This document shows positions 61,108-64,000 of a stretch of 64,000 bases of DNA, in pieces. A program made the position numbers and the translations under genes. Each line of letters begins with the position of its first letter. Position 1 is the first letter of the stretch. A model generated the notes under the pieces. It did not search any database. It worked only from the letters and a program-made list of their open reading frames with translations, and was not told the DNA's origin. The stretch is from Bacteroidota bacterium (GTDB taxonomy: Bacteria > Bacteroidota > Bacteroidia > 2-12-FULL-35-15): contig JAZJZM010000019.1 in the NCBI GenBank assembly GCA_040389865.1, positions 17,423-81,422 of the forward strand, read 5' to 3'.

Positions 61108-61608
61108 CGGAACTGTTTAGTTTTTAGGTTTGGGAATATCCGTAGTTCGAATGCTGTCAGTCACTTCTCGTTCACTCATTCTTTATTTTTTCCTTCTTTA
61201 AATATGCTTCTATCAATTTAAATTGTTGGTCGATCTTTTTTTGCTTTTCACCTCAATTATTATGTGTTGTTATTATTTAAAAAGGTTGTTGCTTTTTTAT
61301 TTAAATAAGAAGCCGATTCAAAAAAAACATTTTTTAAAAATCTATTTTAATGTTTAAAAATGATTTTTTTTACCAAAATGAGCTATATAAATTTGGGTAA
61401 AAATTCATGTAAATATATTTTTTGAAATCAGAAAATTACTTTTTATCCTCCTTCGCCATTAAAATCCTCCTTGTTTATCAACCTGATACAGCATTTTTTT
61501 AAATGATTAAAACGAAAACACAAAAACTGTTTTTTAGTAAATATTCCATTTTCATTACACATGAAAGCATTTGTAAAACATTGGTAAAATAAAAATTGAA
61601 ATTGTAAA

Positions 61609-61616
61609 TATGTTTG
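61609..61616 (+). promoter_or_regulatory. Candidate Bacteroidota -7 promoter box (TAnnTTTG) for the second collagen-like gene
   Basis: 'tatgtttg' lies 38 bp upstream of ATG 61654. TTG trinucleotides occur 10-25 bp further upstream. Confidence 0.3.
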
Positions 61617-61653
61617 TTTCGGCATAAAAAGAGGATAATCAAACGGAAGTAAA

Positions 61654-64000
61654 ATGAACTGCAGTCCAATCAAATATATATATACTCAAATTCCATTCAA
61701 TAGAAGTTTTGTTAAGCAACAAAAGCAAACGCTGCGTTTTTTAACAAATGCAATTTGTTTATTTTTTATTGTTATTTTATTTCAACAAAAAGCAATTGGA
61801 CAAAACCTTGGTATTAATACTACAGGCGCATTACCTGATTCATCGGCTATGCTCGATATCATAAGCCCTAATAAAGGATTGCTTATTCCAAGAATTAGTT
61901 TAACATCTACTACAGACGCTACTACTATTGCAAACCCCGCTATTTCATTGTTAGTGTATAATAACAATGTTTCTATGATCGGTGGAGGCTTAGGTTTTTG
62001 GTATTGGAATGGAACACAATGGGTACAGGCAATTGGCCCTGTGGGGGCTACTGGTTCAACAGGAGCAACGGGAGCTGACGGAATATTTGGAACAACTGGT
62101 GAAACGGGTACTGCTGGCTCAAATGGAAGTACAGGTTCAACAGGTGTAACTGGTGCTGAAGGAATAATAGGAGCAACCGGAGAGACAGGTTCTGCTGGAA
62201 CAAATGGAGCTATAGGTTCAACTGGTGCAACTTCAAATACAGGTGCAACAGGCAGTACAGGTTCAACAGGTTCTACGTCTAATACAGGTTCAACAGGTAG
62301 TACAGGCTCTACAGGTTCAACATCTAACACAGGTTCAACTGGAGCAACAGGAAGTAGTTCAACAGGTGCGACTGGTTCAACTGGTTTCACATCAAACACA
62401 GGTTCAACAGGAATTACCGGCTCAACCGGTTCCACTTCAAATACAGGAGCAACAGGAAGCACTGGCTCAACTGGTTCAACCGGGAGGACTGGCTCAACCG
62501 GTTCAACAGCTAACACAGGGTCTACGGGAGAAACTGGGACAACAGGTGCGACCGGCTCAACCGGTTCTACCTCAAATACAGGGTCAACAGGAAGCACAGG
62601 ATCAACTGGTTCAACATCTAATACTGGTTCAACAGGAAGCACAGGTTCAACATCAAATACCGGATCGACTGGGGCTACAGGTTCAACCGGTTCTACGTCC
62701 AATACGGGGGCAACAGGAAGCACAGGATCAACCGGTTCCACTTCAAATACAGGAACAACAGGAAGTACCGGTTCGACTGGTTCAACAGCTAACACTGGTT
62801 CAACAGGAGCAACGAGTTCAACAGGAAAGACAGGATCAACGGGCTCAACCGGTTCTACTTCAAATACAGGAACCACTGGCTCTACTGGTTCTACATCTAA
62901 TACCGGTTCCACGGGCGCGACAGGTTCAACAGGGACTACGTCAAATACGGGTTCAACAGGAAGTACAGGTTCAACTGGCTCGACATCAAATACAGGAGCA
63001 ACTGGGACAACAGGTGCGACCGGCTTAACCGGTTCAACAGCCAACACCGGTTCAACCGGTTCTACTTCAAATACAGGTGCAACAGGAAGTACAGGTTCAA
63101 CAGCTAACACAGGTTCAACGGGATCAACTGGTTCCACTTCAAATACAGGATCAACTGGAAGTACCGGCTCAACAGGAGCAACTGGAGCAACCGGTTCTAC
63201 TGGTGCTACTTCAAATACAGGTTCGACCGGAAGAACCGGTTCAACAGCTAGCACGGGTTCCACTGGCGCAACAGGTTCTACAGGGACAACAGGAAGTACC
63301 GGTTCAACTGGTTCAACAGCTAACACAGGGTATACAGGAGCAACTGGGACAACAGGTGCGACCGGTTCTACCTCAAATACAGGAACAACAGGAAGTACCG
63401 GCTCGACTGGTTCAACAGCTAACACAGGTTCTACCGGTGCGACCGGCTCAACAGGTTCAACAGCTAACACCGGTTCATCGGGATCAACGGGTTCCACTTC
63501 AAATACGGGATCAACAGGAAGTACTGGCTCTACCGGTTCTACAGGAGCAACTGGTTCTACTGGTGCTACTGGAACTACTTCAAATACAGGTGCAACAGGA
63601 AGTACCGGCTCGACTGGTTCAACAGCTAACACTGGTTCAACTGGAGCAACGAGTTCTACAGGTTCAACAGGAAGGACAGGGTCAACTGGTTCAACGGGTT
63701 CTACTTCAAATACAGGAACCACTGGAAATACCGGTTCCACAGGCTCAACCGGTTCTACATCTAATACAGGTTCAACAGGTGCGACCTCTAATACCGGTTC
63801 AACGGGAGCAACTGGAAGTAGTTCTACTGGTGCTACCGGTTCAACTGGCTCGACATCAAATACAGGTGCAACAGGAAGCACAGGCTCAACGGGTTCGACC
63901 TCTAATACCGGTTCAACGGGAGCAACTGGAAGTAGTTCTACTGGTGCTACCGGTTCAACTGGCTCGACATCAAATACAGGTGCAACAGGAAGCACAGGCT
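61654..64000 (+). CDS. Second giant collagen-like fibre protein, 5' part (paralog of 1629-13307); it runs off the window
   Basis: ATG 61654 follows a TAA at 61636-38. The N-terminal module '[68 protein letters not shown]' is about 60% identical to the first gene's module. It is followed by G-X-T triplets with regular 'STSNTG'/'STANTG' Gly-to-Ser interruptions. The six-frame track omitted it because there is no stop inside the window. Confidence 0.85.
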   Translation, partial: MNCSPIKYIYTQIPFNRSFVKQQKQTLRFLTNAICLFFIVILFQQKAIGQNLGINTTGALPDSSAMLDIISPNKGLLIPRISLTSTTDATTIANPAISLLVYNNNVSMIGGGLGFWYWNGTQWVQAIGPVGATGSTGATGADGIFGTTGETGTAGSNGSTGSTGVTGAEGIIGATGETGSAGTNGAIGSTGATSNTGATGSTGSTGSTSNTGSTGSTGSTGSTSNTGSTGATGSSSTGATGSTGFTSNTGSTGITGSTGSTSNTGATGSTGSTGSTGRTGSTGSTANTGSTGETGTTGATGSTGSTSNTGSTGSTGSTGSTSNTGSTGSTGSTSNTGSTGATGSTGSTSNTGATGSTGSTGSTSNTGTTGSTGSTGSTANTGSTGATSSTGKTGSTGSTGSTSNTGTTGSTGSTSNTGSTGATGSTGTTSNTGSTGSTGSTGSTSNTGATGTTGATGLTGSTANTGSTGSTSNTGATGSTGSTANTGSTGSTGSTSNTGSTGSTGSTGATGATGSTGATSNTGSTGRTGSTASTGSTGATGSTGTTGSTGSTGSTANTGYTGATGTTGATGSTSNTGTTGSTGSTGSTANTGSTGATGSTGSTANTGSSGSTGSTSNTGSTGSTGSTGSTGATGSTGATGTTSNTGATGSTGSTGSTANTGSTGATSSTGSTGRTGSTGSTGSTSNTGTTGNTGSTGSTGSTSNTGSTGATSNTGSTGATGSSSTGATGSTGSTSNTGATGSTGSTGSTSNTGSTGATGSSSTGATGSTGSTSNTGATGSTG

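Overview
This is a low-GC, Bacteroidota-type chromosomal segment. The evidence is a T9SS type-B C-terminal sorting domain, Bacteroidetes-style 'LIIANKELAFQNEEKEKRAAE' sensor-kinase repeats, TTG/ATG starts with no Shine-Dalgarno sequences, and a candidate TAnnTTTG -7 promoter box.

The window opens with the 3' end of a PKD/T9SS-sorted surface protein. Next comes a giant 11.7-kb gene (1629-13307) for a 3,892-aa proline-free Gly-X-Thr collagen-like fibre protein. Two unrecognised classes of globular insert domains interrupt its collagen blocks, and it ends in tail-fibre-like modules and a poly-Gly tail. Downstream lies a co-oriented run of genes: a periplasmic FKBP PPIase, a TM-anchored beta-propeller protein, a lipoprotein, and an OmpA/thrombospondin-type-3 outer-membrane protein. 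After that come a DUF1566 protein, an MBL hydrolase, an MlaEFD lipid-transport operon, and an Hsp20 gene.

A dormancy/stress island follows at about 27.1-35.3 kb. It holds two tandem-Usp proteins, a BON protein, a phosphoribosyltransferase, a TerB-like protein, and an eRF1/Pelota-fold protein that lacks GGQ.

The signalling block at 35.8-46.9 kb contains REC, AraC, a hybrid histidine kinase, REC, and a CheB-CheR-fused hybrid histidine kinase. Both kinases carry long arrays of a 21-aa (63-bp) coiled-coil repeat.

The remaining genes are rlmF, a PLD-family lipoprotein, a CDGSH protein, DUF349, a response regulator, and a T2SS/T4P-like K/pseudopilin/F cluster. A second paralogous collagen-like giant gene starts at 61654 and runs off the window.

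The non-coding DNA contains a MITE-like element with 20-bp terminal inverted repeats in two copies. It also contains a related ~70-bp core repeat in at least five copies, several rho-independent terminators, and long inverted repeats. No tRNA, rRNA, CRISPR or transposase genes were seen. Many reverse-strand and off-frame ORFs in the track ('PVEPVEP', 'QVQQVQ') are translation shadows of the collagen repeats.
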